From Paraspadella gotoi (Eukaryota > Animalia > Chaetognatha): 64,000 nucleotides of DNA. The first letter of the stretch is position 1; every line of letters starts with the position of its first letter. The position numbers were made by a program, and so were the translations under genes. Below are positions 13,366 to 26,635 of the stretch, in pieces. Under the pieces are notes generated by a model, which saw only the letters and a program-made list of their open reading frames with translations, was not told the origin of the DNA and searched no databases. The stretch is from the NCBI GenBank assembly GCA_051294375.1, contig CM119268.1, forward strand, positions 1,819,486-1,883,485, in the 5' to 3' direction.

Positions 13366-13931
13366 GGCCAAAATAGTCGAGAAAATGAAATTGAAACGTG
13401 TATTGGTCGAGCTTCTAGACTAGAGATAACAAAAAAAATATATTTTCTTTTCGGGCTTGACCCAACTCGTGATCGGTTTTTGATCGAATTCGCGCTTGAC
13501 TCGAGAACAACTTTACGACACGATTAACGAAATAAAAAAAAACATTATTATTATTATTATTCTTTGATTCTGAACTCTTTTTTACTCATACATTAAATTT
13601 AAATGGAGATGACACGCGGATGGGATATTTTTTGGATCCGTGCCTTTCATTTTTTATTTTTCCCTCACCTTTTGACGAGATCTCGAGACTAAAAAATTGG
13701 ATTTTAAAACTAAAAGGCTGAAATTTGGCTGAAATTATATGTTCGTCCCAATTTTCATATACGTGTATATTCCTTCTTCTTCTCCGCTGTTTAATCTTTT
13801 ATTCTTGAACCTTCCCGAGAACGCAACTGTTTTTTTTTTTCACATTAGGCTCTCTGTGATCCGCGCGGTCGAGCTGTAGCTTAGAGAATAGTTTGTAGCG
13901 ATAAGGGAACTCCCTTTCTCTCACCTCAACG

Positions 13932-14402
13932 ATGATCTCCGAAATGATCTCCGAATCAATCCAACCCAATTTGGCGGCGTCGGCGGCCTGGTTCACAGCG
14001 TCGTCTACCGGGGTCGAGCTTCAGGGTCCCCAAGCGGCCGTCGCCGGACGCGCCATTTCCGGCAAATTGAACTTTTGGGAAGCTGCCTCTCCGCCTCCGG
14101 GATGGTGGATCTGCCGGATTCCCTCGCCCCGAGTCGTCCGTCGATTCTCCTTTCGCGTCTTCGACGGCGTCCTCGACCCTTCCACCTTCGAAGTCCAAGC
14201 GGCCGACACGGACGACTGGATCACGCTCTTCCGCACCGAGGGCGAGACTGGCTTCAGGAACGAAGTCAAGGAGTTCGTCGTAGACAACTGGCGGAGATTC
14301 GATACGTACCGCGTGTTCATCGAGAAGACGATGGGCGGACCGGATACAGAGACGGCCCCTTTTCTCATGGACGTTGGGTTGTTCGAAGACGCTTCGGATT
14401 GA
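13932..14402 (+). CDS. Small intronless protein with discoidin/F5-8 type C (galactose-binding-like) pattern
   Basis: W..P.WW..P.PRVV..F...PSTFEVQAADTDDWITL..EVKEFVVDN..FDTYRVFI resembles the F5/8C strand pattern. GC-rich coding-like composition. Family call is tentative. Confidence 0.5.
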   Translation: MISEMISESIQPNLAASAAWFTASSTGVELQGPQAAVAGRAISGKLNFWEAASPPPGWWICRIPSPRVVRRFSFRVFDGVLDPSTFEVQAADTDDWITLFRTEGETGFRNEVKEFVVDNWRRFDTYRVFIEKTMGGPDTETAPFLMDVGLFEDASD

Positions 14403-14615
14403 AACGGAGACCTTTCGTGAGAAATTGAAGTTAAGAGGAAGAGAATCTCGCTTCCTTATTTTATTTTTTCGTTAGTTTCGCCGTCAAGAATTTATTTTTA
14501 TTTTTCCCCCGTCAAATGCTGTGCCTACGCTGACCTTTTTCAGCATTTTTTTTTTCGTCGTTAACTATATATTTATCGTCGTGTTTATTCTTATTACCAG
14601 AATTTCAAGTACATC

Positions 14616-15167
14616 ATGTTTAAAAAATTTGACAAAGACTCGGTGACTTCGGCGGCGCTGATGAAGTCTTCCGCCCAAAAAGCCATCCGGAATAAGGCCA
14701 ACGATCAGTGTCCCCTATTGGCCGATAACGCCGCAGCGCTTTTGCCCAAAAAGGAATCCATCAAACTGGTCAGATGCAAGGACCACATCGAACTACTCGC
14801 CCACGCCTCCAACGGCGACATTGTATTCTTCCGCGACCGAGACGGTCCTCCCATCCCGACGCTGCGGCAGCTGCACAAGTACCCGTTCTTGCTGAAGCCG
14901 CAGCAGGTGGACAAGGGCGCCATCAAGTTCATTCTCTCCGGCGCGAACATCATGTGTCCCGGCCTGACGTCGCCGGGCGCCAACATGATCGAGGCGGAGA
15001 GCGAGGAGATTGTGGCCATCTACGCCGAGGGGAAGAACCACGCCCTCGGCATCGGCCGGATGAAACTCTCGTCGAACGACATCAGAAAAGTCAACAAGGG
15101 GATTGGGATCGAGACGCTTCACTATTTGAACGACGGACTCTGGAACTTACCTTCTATTAAGATGTAG
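14616..15167 (+). CDS. MCTS1: Malignant T-cell-amplified sequence 1 (PUA-domain reinitiation factor), single exon
   Basis: MFKKF, PTLRQLHKYP, VDKGAIKFILSGANIMCPGLTSPGA, GIGIETLHYLNDGLW. Confidence 0.97.
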   Translation: MFKKFDKDSVTSAALMKSSAQKAIRNKANDQCPLLADNAAALLPKKESIKLVRCKDHIELLAHASNGDIVFFRDRDGPPIPTLRQLHKYPFLLKPQQVDKGAIKFILSGANIMCPGLTSPGANMIEAESEEIVAIYAEGKNHALGIGRMKLSSNDIRKVNKGIGIETLHYLNDGLWNLPSIKM

Positions 15168-15345
15168 TCAGTTATGGGATTTTTTTCGGCTCCGCTCCTT
15201 GATCGGAATTATTTTTTTTATTTATTTTTTTTTAAATTCAATACTTTTGCGATTTTCGTTGGAAGATTTTTTTTTATTCATTGATTTGTCTTTCGCTTTA
15301 GTACATTCATCTCATCCTCAATTCATCATTTCTCATTACCCAAAG

Positions 15346-16953
15346 ATGCCGCCCTCCAAGACTCGCGCTTGGTTCCAAAGTCACGTGCTGAAGCCCCGTC
15401 TCTTGGCCGCTTACATTTGGGGTTCGGTTCTCGTACCTCCTTGTGGCGGCGCAGCTCTGGCGCTTCTTGGGGCCAGCTTTTACACCATATTTTCGCTCGC
15501 TCTCTACCGCCTGCTCTTCTGGACCACCATCTCCGTCTGCCTGCTAGCTGTTCTGTCTCTGCATCACGCCCGTGTCGTCCCGCGCGTCCATTCCCATCGC
15601 CTCGCCGTCCTGCTGGCGTTGCTGCGCCCCACGCTGCTCTTCTCCGTCTTCCTACAGTCGCTGCTGGGCTCTATCGTGGCCAACTCGCTGGTGGGCGTGG
15701 CCTCTCCTGCCTTTGAGGCCCTCGTATTTCGACTAGACTTCGTCGACACGGACTCGTTCGCGCTGCACGAGGGGGCCGTCTTCGTCGGTTGCGCGGGAGC
15801 CTTCGTGGCTGCCGTCGCCGCCCTCAGGGATGTTCTCATGAACAAGAACATGATCGTGTTCCCGACTTTGCGATTGGGGAAATTCCTGCACTTCCGTCAG
15901 GCCGTCCACGCATTGGTAGCCACGTCAGCGCGAGAAGGATGGGTGTTTCTCAAATGGTTCTTCATTCTTTATTACCTCGTCGGAGGTTTCGTGAAAAACT
16001 GCGTCTGTTTGACTCTGATGTCTCGAGCCGTCTGCCCGCAACGAAAAGACGATCCGGGCGGGGTGCCCATGAACTCCGTCTGGGGTTTGTTTCAGTTGGG
16101 AGTACTCTGGAACACCTACATATCCGCCGTCTTCATCCTGTTTTCGCGGCGTCTCGTCGTCAATTTGGTCGTGGCTTATATAGTTGAGCCGTCGACGTTT
16201 CCAATTTTGAACGCCATCAAAAACAGCGAGGATGGTCAACCCACTCTGGAAGATGCGCTCAACGCTGACGACGCACCGTTGGCGCAGCTCTTGTCTTTCG
16301 AGCATCTTAGCCGGCTGGCCAAGGACGGCGACAAGGCGAGGAAGCCTTTTTTTTCTCTCTCGCAGCCAGGTGGACATCCGCACACTTGGAACAATATTTC
16401 CGCTGCTTGCATCAATCATCTTAATGAACTGTTGAAAAATATAGCCGCTTGCAACGCTTCTGTGAATCACAGCAACAATAACGCCTCAGGTGGAAAACTA
16501 GCGTCGAACCCGATTTTCTTCTCCCGACTGGCGCCCATTCGTTACTTGCTCACCGAGTACCCCGGCGCCAGAGCGCGTAAAGTATTCGTGGAGGCGCGCA
16601 AGTCGATCTGGGCCGTGGAGAGCCTCTCCGACCTCGTCGCCGCCTCCTTCGACGAGGACGATTTCGGCGTCGTCCAAAAGAAGCTGGCGTCCATCCTCGA
16701 GCTGCTCGTCGGCCTCCACGACGCCGTCGAGAAGAACGTCAAGATGTTCCCAGGCGCCCCCGTGTCGCGCTCCATATCGACCCAAAGAGAGTCGGGGGAC
16801 GTCGCTATGGAGATGCGGCCGGCGTTCAAATCTGCCGTCAAGACCGCCATCTACAGGGTCGTGGTTAAATTCGGCAGTCATCTGTTCAGCATTCAGGGAC
16901 TTTCCGCCGATACCTCCAAAAGGCTGAAAAATTTCGTGGAAATCAGAGAGTGA
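15346..16953 (+). CDS. NDC1: Transmembrane nucleoporin NDC1, single exon
   Basis: About 6 N-terminal TM segments, FSLSQPGGHPHTW, WAVESLSDLVAASFDEDDFGVVQ, AIYRVVVKFG. First ATG at 15346. Confidence 0.9.
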   Translation: MPPSKTRAWFQSHVLKPRLLAAYIWGSVLVPPCGGAALALLGASFYTIFSLALYRLLFWTTISVCLLAVLSLHHARVVPRVHSHRLAVLLALLRPTLLFSVFLQSLLGSIVANSLVGVASPAFEALVFRLDFVDTDSFALHEGAVFVGCAGAFVAAVAALRDVLMNKNMIVFPTLRLGKFLHFRQAVHALVATSAREGWVFLKWFFILYYLVGGFVKNCVCLTLMSRAVCPQRKDDPGGVPMNSVWGLFQLGVLWNTYISAVFILFSRRLVVNLVVAYIVEPSTFPILNAIKNSEDGQPTLEDALNADDAPLAQLLSFEHLSRLAKDGDKARKPFFSLSQPGGHPHTWNNISAACINHLNELLKNIAACNASVNHSNNNASGGKLASNPIFFSRLAPIRYLLTEYPGARARKVFVEARKSIWAVESLSDLVAASFDEDDFGVVQKKLASILELLVGLHDAVEKNVKMFPGAPVSRSISTQRESGDVAMEMRPAFKSAVKTAIYRVVVKFGSHLFSIQGLSADTSKRLKNFVEIRE

Positions 16954-17225
16954 AATAAGGGTTTTTTTTATAAATTTCACTGTTCTCATTTAATACATTT
17001 CATACTTTCTTTCTTGCCACACAATTTGTTTATTGCGAAAATATTTTCAGAGTTGGGGGGAAAAAACACAGAAACATAAACGTTTTTGTAGATGAAAATT
17101 TGGAAGGGTGTTCTTGCCTTTCTCGTTGCCTAACACTGATTAAGACTGTCCGCATTCTTGATAACAAAGTTTTGATTATTTCGAAAAATTCTTTTTATTT
17201 TTGTTTTTTTTTATAAGAGTGAACA

Positions 17226-19200
17226 ATGGAGCCTCCTGCTAAAAAGCAAAAAGAATTGGAAGTTGTTGTGTTGGACATAAACAATGACCAGTCATCGGAA
17301 GGAGTTGGGCAAGAAGAAACGAAACCGTTAAAGTCGGAATCGAAAGTCTCGGTGAAAGGTGAGTCAAGTCAGAGACAAACTCTCCTAGAGATTGGTCACA
17401 ATGACTCTAAAAACTAATTTTTTAAAATTTTATTAAATTAACCCAGACGAAGCCAGGTTGGACGTTCGAAGTCGTAATTGCCCTTATCTCGATACCATCA
17501 ATCGTCATTTCTTGGACTTTGATTTCGAGAAGCTCTGCTCTGTCTCGCTCTCGCATCTCAATGTGTACGCTTGTCTCGTGTGCGGAAAGTATTTTCAAGG
17601 GAGAGGACAGAAATCGCACGCGTACACACACAGCGTGCAACTCGGGCACCACGTTTATATCAATCTTCACACGTTAAAGGTGAGGCAGGCCTTTTATCCT
17701 CAAATAGTAATAGTTTTCATTTTCATTTCCAAACGTTTTAATTTTAGTTCTACTGTCTCCCTGACAACTACGAAGTAATAGACTCCTCCCTCGACGACAT
17801 CAAGTATGTCCTCAATCCCACCTTCAAGAAGGAGCACATCGTGGGTCTCGACCGAAGCGCCAAGATGTCCCGCGCCTACGACGGTATCCTCTATCTCCCT
17901 GGCATCGTGGGACTCAACAATATCAAAGCCAACGACTACTGCAACGTCGTGCTTCATTCGCTCGCCAACGTCCCGCCCATCCGCGACTTTTTTCTTCGCC
18001 CGGAAAACTACGCCAGCGTGAAGCGGCCGCCCGGCGACCACATGATCCTTCTCCTTCAGCGTTTCGGCGAACTGGTGCGCAAACTCTGGAATCCGCGAAA
18101 CTTCAAAGCCCACGTCTCTCCACACGAGATGCTTCAAGCGGTGGTGCTCTGCAGCAAGAAGCGCTTTCAAATTACGCAGCAGGGAGACCCAGTGGACGTG
18201 TTGTCCTGGCTGCTGAACTCTCTTCACATGATACTCGCCGGAAAGAAGAAACAGAGCAGCTCCATTATTTACGAGACTTTCCAGGGTTCCATGCAAATAT
18301 TCACGAAGAAGATTCCTCCCGTGGACGCGACGGACGCTGAAAAGGCGGCCGTGCTGCAGAGTCCCGAGTATCAGTTGCAAGTTTCGGAGAGTCCTTTTCT
18401 TTATCTCATGTTGGATCTACCACCGCCGCCTTTATTTAAAGGTGATGATCGAAAAATATTTATAGAGTAGCTACGTAAACTTATTTGTTTTTTGGGTGCG
18501 AGTTCACCGTAATTATTTGTTATCAGACGACGTGGAGGAAAACATCATTCCTCAAGTTTCGCTCTTCTCTCTCATGTCTAAATTCGACGGAACATCGGAG
18601 AAAGAGTACAAGACGTACAGGGACTCAACGCTGAAGCGGTTCCAACTCACGAAGCTTCCTCCCTACTTGATTATCTGCTACAAACGCTTCACTAAAAATA
18701 ATTTCTTCATAGAGAAAAATCCCACCATCGTCAACTTTCCCGTTCGTAACTTTAAAATATTCAAAAAAAAATAATTGTTTTCGCTCTTAGATTTCGTAAT
18801 AGTCTGAGTTTGACTTTTGTTCGTATTTCTAGGTGAGTCACGTGGATTTGCGCGACTATCTGGCCAAAGATCCCGAAGTGAGAAAAGCCCACCCGTACAC
18901 TTCCTACGATCTTCTCGCCAACATCGTCCACGACGGTTAATATTTGAAAAGACGAGGTTGTTTAATTTCCGTCGTCATGTCGTCGTGTCTCGATTTGTAG
19001 GTCAGCCGGGTCCGGACAAGGGAACATTCCGCGTTCACGTCCTTCACAAAGGAACGGGCCAGTGGTACGAGATGCAGGATTTGCACGTACGCGACATTTT
19101 GCCGCAGATGATCACGTTGTCGGAGAGTTACGTTCAAGTTTACAAACTCAACACGACTCTGCGAACCGATGGGTTGAACGGCGAAAACCCCGAACAATGA
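17226..19200 (+). CDS. USP39: U4/U6.U5 tri-snRNP protein USP39/Sad1 (6 exons)
   Basis: CPYLDTINRHFLDFDFEKLCSVSLSHLNVYACLVCGKYFQGRG, GLNNIKANDY, LWNPRNFKAHVSPHEMLQ, EKNPTIVNFP, LPQMITLSESY. Confidence 0.97.
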
Positions 19201-19348
19201 TTTTCTTCGTTTGGGCCGGGAATTGTTACTATATTTTGTACATGTTATATACTGAAAGAAAAATTAGTTTTAATTTGTCAATTTTTTTTTTTTAATCAGT
19301 TTAATTTTAATTTCAACGAAACGAAACTCTCCGGACTAAACAGTAAAC

Positions 19349-21650
19349 ATGGGTAAACATAAACGAGGAATTGCCGGTCCCAAAATGGTCAAAGACACGA
19401 TCAATCCTCATCAACACTCGATGAATCCGGATCGCGCCAAGGGCGAGACCGGCGCTCACATGCGATCGAAAGGCACAATCAAGCGGCTGCAGATGTACAG
19501 AAACTTTAAGGCCAAGAGGGACAGAAAGGGACACGTTATCAGGGCCGCACCCTATCAATCCACGCTCGATTCGGGAACCCAGGCGCGCGTGCAGCCCGAC
19601 CGGCGATGGTTCGGAAACACGCGGACTATAACGCAGGTGCGGAACTTCGTTATCCTTACCCATTTAAACTCCTCTGAGCTATCATAATTTCAGTTTACTA
19701 TTCTTTTCTCACCAGGACACTCTTCAGAAATTCCAAGCGGAAATGGGCAACGTCGCCCGAGATCCCTTCAAAGTGGTCATGCGCAAAAGTCACTTGCCCA
19801 TCACCCTGCTTCAAGAAAAGGCAAAATTCGTTCGACCGCACATTCTGGAGACGGAAACGTTCGACAGCACCTTCGGTCCCAAGTCGACGCGAAAGCGACC
19901 GAAGATCCAGGTGGCCGAGCTCAAAGACCTCGTCGACGACGCCGAGGCTAAACAGGACTCGTATTCGCGGGAGGGCGATAGGGACCTCGTCCGCGAAGAC
20001 GACGGTGTTCGCGGCGAGGCCTCGGAGCACATGTTCTCAAAGGGTCAATCCCGTCGCATTTGGAACGAATTGTACAAAGTGATCGACTCGGCCGACGTGG
20101 TCGTCCAAGTCCTCGACGCCCGCGACCCGCTCGGCACGCGCTCGTACCACGTCGAAAAGTTTCTGAAGAAAGAAAAGGCACACAAACATCTCGTGTGCCT
20201 CTTAAATAAGGTTGACCTCGTTCCCGTCTGGGTCACGCAAAAATGGATCGCCCTCCTCTCCAAAGAGTATCCTACGCTCGCCTTTCACGCCTCCCTCACC
20301 AACTCCTTCGGCAAGGGGGCCTTCATCAACCTGTTGCGTCAGTTCGGGAAATTGCATCCGGACAAGAAGCAAATCTCCGTCGGCTTCATCGGTTACCCCA
20401 ACTCGGGGAAGAGTTCCATCATCAACACTCTGAAGAGCAAAAAAGTCTGCAAAGTGGCGCCGATCGCTGGAGAGACCAAAGTCTGGCAGTACATCTCCCT
20501 CATGAAGAAAATCTACCTCATCGATTGTCCGGGGGTGGTCTATCCCCAGGGAGAGACGGAGACGGACAAAGTCCTCAAGGGCGTCGTCAGAGTGGAGAAC
20601 CTCAAAACTCCCGTGGATTTTATCCCCGCCGTCCTGGAACGGGTCAAAGCGGAGTACTTGGTGCGACAGTACGGCGTCGCCGATTGGACCGACGCCAAAG
20701 ACTTTTTGGAAAAGCTTGCGAGGAAAACGGGAAAATTGTGGAAGGGCGCCGAACCAGACGTCAATACCGTTTCCAAGCAGATCCTCAACGATTGGCAGAG
20801 GGGCAGGCTGCCTTACTTCATCCGACCTCCCGCGCAGGAGGGAGATGAAGCGGAAAAGTCGGACCTCGCTTCGCAAGAAAAAGAAGACGCGTCCGCGTCG
20901 GAAGAAGCCGAAGAACAGGAAAGGCCCAACGTGAAAGTGGTGCAGGATTTGGCCAAAGTCCATCAGGAAAACGAGTGGACGGGAGAAGACGTTTGTCCGG
21001 CTGAGGAGGTGGAAGGAGCGAGGTTGGATGAGGACTTGGAAAAGTTGGATGAAGAGGAAGAAGGAGACGAGGAGGAGGAAGAGGGAGAAGAGGAGGGAGA
21101 TGAAGAGGAAGGAGATGAAAGCGAAGATGAGGACGAAAGCCAAGATGAGGAAGAAAACCATGAGAGTAAAAGAGCGAAGCTGTCGATCTTAACGAGTGAC
21201 GATTCCACCGAAGATGGAATTTTGCAAAAACCCATTACGACGACGACGACGACTGCCGGCGCCAAATACCGAAAGCTCAATCGGGGCGCCCTTCCGACTG
21301 CGGCGGCGACGGCGGCAAAGTTTTCGATGAAGGAAACTGATAAAGCGGCCGTCGTCGTCGTCGACGAATGGCAAAAAAAGCGGAAAAGGGACGACAAAAT
21401 CGGTGACGAAACGGAACGGGAGAGGGGAACGAAGCGGCGACGAAGACGGGACGACGACGACGACGCCTCGCCCGGTCCCAAGCTGACTTCTAAACAGAGG
21501 AGAGCCGCCGAGAGGGCGCTCAAGAAGAAGAAGATCGGCGTCCACTTTTTCGACGAGGTCAACGTCAAAAACAAAAACCGGAACAAGGTCGCCAAATCCG
21601 GCGGGAACCGGACTCAGCCGACGACGGGATTAAAAAGGAAGAGAAATTGA
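19349..21650 (+). CDS. GNL2: Nucleolar GTP-binding protein 2 (Nog2; 2 exons)
   Basis: NGP1NT region ([26 protein letters not shown]), circularly permuted GTPase ([20 protein letters not shown]), acidic tail. Intron about 19636-19715. Confidence 0.97.
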
Positions 21651-21870
21651 AAAATTCTGGGAAACACAGAGAGAGGGGGGGGGCAAGTATGTTGTGGTCG
21701 AATTGTTGTTTGCTTTTGTTTACGTTCGAGAGTTTTTTTCGTTTTTGTTACATGAAGTTTTCCAAGGTTAAGTCAGTTTTTTTCACATTGATTTAGATAT
21801 AATATGTAGTCATTTTTTGGAGATTTAAGTTTTGACCTAAAGCTTAAGTAAATTTAACTTAAAAAAAAAA

Positions 21871-22861
21871 ATGTCTCGAAAATTCACCGCTGCTCTTTTC
21901 GAGAACGTGGACTACAAAGCCCAGGCGGCCGACTTGGCGAGAAGAGAAGAAGAGGAGGCGAGAGAGAAAAAGGAAGAAGGTGAATCTCGGCAAAAAAACA
22001 AAGGCGCCGGATTCTTCTCCAGACTCATCGGCGCCGCTCAATCGCGACTCGATTGGCCGAGAGTCGTGTTATTCGGGGACTCGTTGACCCAATACTCGTT
22101 CGGAGACGACGGCGGTTGGGGCGCCATGTTGGCGGATAAGTTGCAGCGACGGGCCGACGTCGTCAACCGAGGATTTTCCGGTTATAACACCAGATGGTCG
22201 AAGATCATTTTGGAGCAGGTTAGTTTCTTTAAATTTGTCATTATCAATACGCTTTAAATCTTTTTCACGTTATCAACAGGTGTTCCAGGACGAGCGTCCC
22301 GAGACCCTCGCCTGCGTCGTCGTCCTTCTCGGGTCGAACGACGCCGCCGACGCGGAACTCGCCGCTCACACTCACGTTCCTCTCACGGAATACTCGGACA
22401 ATCTTCGTTCCATTCTCTCCGATCTCCAAAACGAATTCCGCGTGGACAAAGAAAAGATCGTCCTCGTCACTCCACCGCCAGTCAACAGGAAGTTATTGGA
22501 GGAAGATCGCGAGCAATCCTTGGCGGCCGGCAAGACGGTCTTCCCATTGGCTCACCATAACGCGTCGGTGGGGCGATACGCCGAAGCTTGTCGCCGCGTC
22601 GGCCACGAAACCGGCGTTCACACGCTCGACCTCTTCTCGCTCATGTTGGCCCAGGACGACTGGGCTTTCTTTTTTTGCGACGGAATCCATTTTTCGCGTC
22701 GCGGGTCAGAATTTTTTTTACAATTCCTCTGGCCAATTGTTGAAGCCAAGTTCGAGGGCGCGCCTTTTAAGTTCTCACATTGGCGTCACGTGAACCGAGA
22801 GAATCCGGCCGTGACTTTGGAGAAGGCTGACGTCTTCGACCCAGATTTTCAACTTGATTGA
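21871..22861 (+). CDS. IAH1: Isoamyl acetate-hydrolysing esterase 1-like SGNH hydrolase (2 exons)
   Basis: LFGDSLTQ, DVVNRGFSGYNTRW, GSNDA, DGIHFS. About 55-aa charged N-terminal extension. Confidence 0.9.
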
Positions 22862-23466
22862 AGGATTGTTTTTTTGTTTTTTCTCAATGACTTTTCGTCG
22901 AGATTAAAAGAAAAACCTTGTAGATTTAATTTTACGTTTTTAGAGGTTATTTGTTAGGCTATATGCTCAACGTGTAGTATTGGTTATCCTTCCAATTTTT
23001 AATGAGTTTTATGCTCTTTATCATTTTTTGTGCAATTTTTCCAGTCTTTTTTTTCTATCACTATGCCTTAATAATTTTACCCTGTAATCGAATTTACCCC
23101 ACAATCGAGTGGTTTGATCACTAATTGGAATGTCGTCATATCTGTTACGTTGCAAATGTTGTTCGTTAAAATGGACTTGCATATCAGTCTTTTTAACTTT
23201 ATTATCCTCGTTACGCGTCTGCGGGAGAAATCATAATTTTTTTAGTCAACTCCCTGTATTATCATTTTCTTTTCTTTTAATTTTTTTAATTGCACCCCTT
23301 ACAATTGGCAATTTTTGCATCGAATTCATTTTAGTAATTGTTGGTGCTCTTTTTATGTTACGGGTCGTTATTTTTATTTTTATTGTTTTTCCCGCCAACA
23401 GAGGCCACCCCCGCCTGCCTCGCTTCTAACGCCTCTATCGAAAGGAAACGAAGTCCGCTCAGAAAC

Positions 23467-24515
23467 ATGTCCGAATCTGCCGGCAAGGTGTACGTGGTGA
23501 CGGGGGCCAACAAGGGCATCGGCCTCTGTATAGTTCGCGGTCTTTGCAAGACCAAGGCCGAGGATGACTTTGTCTACCTCTGCTCCCGGGACAAGGCGAG
23601 GGGCGAAGCCGCCGTTAAGCTGCTCGAGGACGAGGGTCTCAAGCCCACGCTTGGGCTTCTCGACGTCCAGGACGCCGCGACGGCCGAAGCTCTGGCCGCG
23701 ACGATCAAAGAACGTCACGGCGGGATCGACGGGATCGTCAACAACGCCGGGGTGGCCTATCACGCCGACTCGGAGGTGCCCGTTAAGGAACAAATCGAGA
23801 AGACCGTGGAAACCAACTTTTTCGGAACGCTGTCCGTGTGCAAACATTTGTTTCCTTTATTGAGAAAGCACGCGCGGGTGGTCAACGTGAGCAGCCAAGC
23901 GGGTAAGTAAATAAGTGTTGGTGAAGAAACGGATTCCAATTCACGTTTCTCTCCCCTTTTTTTATTATTTCAGGCCACATGGTCTACAGCCGAATCATGC
24001 CCGAGTTGCTCGAGCAGCTCAACTCGCCCAGTCTGAAGATGTCTGACTTGACCTTCATTATGAAGGCCTACGTGGCGTGTCAGGAGGCGGTGGGCGACGG
24101 CGCCGCGGGGGACGCCGCCGCGGCCCAATGGCCCTCTTCTCCGTACGCCTTTTCCAAACTTGCCGTCCACTACATGACCGTCTTGCAGCAACGTTTGTTC
24201 GACATCGACCTGGACAAGGACGTCATCGTCAACGCCGTTTGTCCCGGATTCTGCAACACCGACTTAACCAAAGGTCGCGGGCCCCGACCCGCCGAGCAGG
24301 GGGCCGAGACGCCGCTTTGGGCGCTCCAGTTGCCCCCTGGGGACGAAGCCAACCCGAAGGGAAAATTCCTTTTCGACAAGGCTCCCTTGGAGTTAGGATC
24401 TAAGGTGCTTCCCATCTTTAAACAAAAGCCATTGCCGGAGAAACTCGAAGAAGAGGTCGCTGCCGCGAGCGCAAACGCGACTGGCGAACAAAATGACGTC
24501 GAGGTTGACTCCTGA
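23467..24515 (+). CDS. CBR1: Carbonyl reductase-like short-chain dehydrogenase (2 exons)
   Basis: VTGANKGIG, NNAG, TNFFGT, RVVNVSS, YAFSK, VNAVCPGFCNTD, GAETP. Confidence 0.85.
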
Positions 24516-24751
24516 AAGTAGACCTAATTTTCTTGGTTTTATCTTTTTAAATAATTTATGGCGGAAGAGTTAATGCGCCATTGATTTTTTTTCCCTTCTA
24601 GTAGATCTTCTCAATAAACTACTAGTTTTCTCATTTTGATGCTCTTGATGTTTTTTTTTCGTCCCTCGTGTATTTATTTTCAATTTTTAAGACCCTAGTT
24701 GACTTTGAAGTTGATTTTTTTTTTCTCTTTTAGCTTCCTACTTGATGCAGA

Positions 24752-26635
24752 ATGAATTTTTTAACGTTAATCCAGCGTTCTTCGAGAGCGTTGATTCGAA
24801 CTTTCGCTTCCTCTCAAAGTCAAATGTTTAACTCTGCAAATTTGTCCGGCGGTCGCCATCTGAGATACTTTCAGCGAAGGGCATTTTCCAGATCCTCCTC
24901 GTGTTTTAACAAGCCGACTCTTAAAATTTTCGAGGAGATGAAGTCTCGCGAATCTCGAACCATTGAAATAAGGCGAGTATCGAAGTATTCCCAGATCCGC
25001 TCCAATCGTTCGATCATTGTCGTTCCCTTATATCCGCAGTAAAATTATCCAACCCGCGGACGCGAACCCTTACGGTCGCATGCACGGGGGTAACGTGTTG
25101 CGTCTGCTGGAAGAAGCGGGTATCATCGCTGCCACGCGGCACATTAACGTGGGTCGCGAGGCAAATCAACCGCCTTGCGTTGCTTCCCTGGTCAGAATGG
25201 AAAAGGTTAATACGAAAGTTTGGAAATTTGAAAATTTCCTCCCGATTTCGAATCCTCCCTTTGTGCAAAACTCCGTCGGTTAAGGTAGAGTTTCGTCACG
25301 CCATTAACATCGGAGACATCGTCGACGTCGATGCCGAAGTCACCTTCACCTCGGCGCGAAGCTGCGAGGTCTGCGTCACTATGGAATCTTTGGGAATCGT
25401 GCGGTGCGTTTCTACTTAATTCTGCGTCTTTTCAATATCGGGGCGAATTGGATGCTGAAGGCAAGTGAGATATCGAATACTTCTTTCTTTCTTTTTTTTT
25501 TGCAGTGGAGAAACGGAGAAAAAGTTAGCAGCCACCGCTTTTCTGTGGTTCGTACCAGTCTTTGTAAATGAAGACGCTGGGCTTACCGTTGCCAAGTAAT
25601 TGCGACCGTTCTCCCGTTTTATATCAAGTCCTGTTAGTTTTATTAAATCCTATCTTAATTCAGGATGCCTCAGTTAAAATTAAGCGAGGAACGGCACGCG
25701 GAAGGACTCGAACGATATCTGAGTCAAAAGCAAAGTCGATCCTCTTACGCGCCGGCTCGTCAAAAAGCGCCGCTGTTAATGGCGGCCAACTCTGCCGATC
25801 TTTTCGACCTCCATACCGTTCGGGCCAGTCAGGTAACTGATGTTGTTCCGGCAATATTTGATTTTAAATTTTTTTTTGTGTGTGTCTGCATCTGTTGCAA
25901 TACTAATTTCAGTTTTAATCCTAAAAAAATGTGATTTTCTCATTTCGGTTTGTCTCCCTCCAGTCAAATCTCAGTTGCCATGTAAATGTGAGTGACTGCG
26001 ATATTCATCGCATGATGAGAGGCGGCGTCGTGTTGAAGATGGCGGATGAGGTCGCGGGAATCGTCGCGTTTCGTCATTGTCGGGTAAGTTGTCTTCCTTT
26101 AATTTTTAGTTTATAGTAGAAAGTAAATAATTGATGAAGCAAAAACTGATGATCATTGATCAATCTTCATGTAATATTATTAGGGCAACTGATATAGTAA
26201 TAATATGAAAAGGAACCTTAAAACTTATAATTAGGGTCTGGTAGTTACCGCCACCGTCGATGCCTGCAATTTTAACAAACCGGTTCCCGTTGGAAGCATC
26301 ATCTTGTTTGATAGCTATGTCACTTTCACAAGTGAGAAATCCATGGAGATCGAAGTCGTCGTTCACAGCGGAAACTTTGATCAGCAAAGTGAGAAGTGAT
26401 GCATTGCAGTCTGCATTCGAGTCTCATAATAATTCCTTCTTTTATTTTGTTTGCAGCTTTAGAACCGAAAATATTTGGAAACGTTTTCAATGCCCTTTAC
26501 ACTTTTGTTACCATCGATATGAATGGAAAACCCGTGAAGGTGCCTCCATTGAAATTGGAAACGGATGCTGAACGAAAAGTATTTGAGCAAGGCCGACAAC
26601 GATACGAAACTCGAATCAAAGAAAGAAACAAATGA
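24752..26635 (+). CDS. ACOT7: Double hot-dog acyl-CoA thioesterase, ACOT7-like (8 exons)
   Basis: DANPYGRMHGGNVLRLLEEAG..ATRH and a second domain GGVVLKMADEVAGIVAFRHCR, KSMEIEV, YTFV..VPPL..FEQGRQRY. Presequence-like N-terminus. Confidence 0.88.

Noticed and set aside
20202-21595. Long minus-strand ORFs (319 aa and 210 aa) and many similar antisense or alternate-frame ORFs across the window
   Set aside because: Shadows of GC-rich, codon-biased + strand genes; no recognisable domains.
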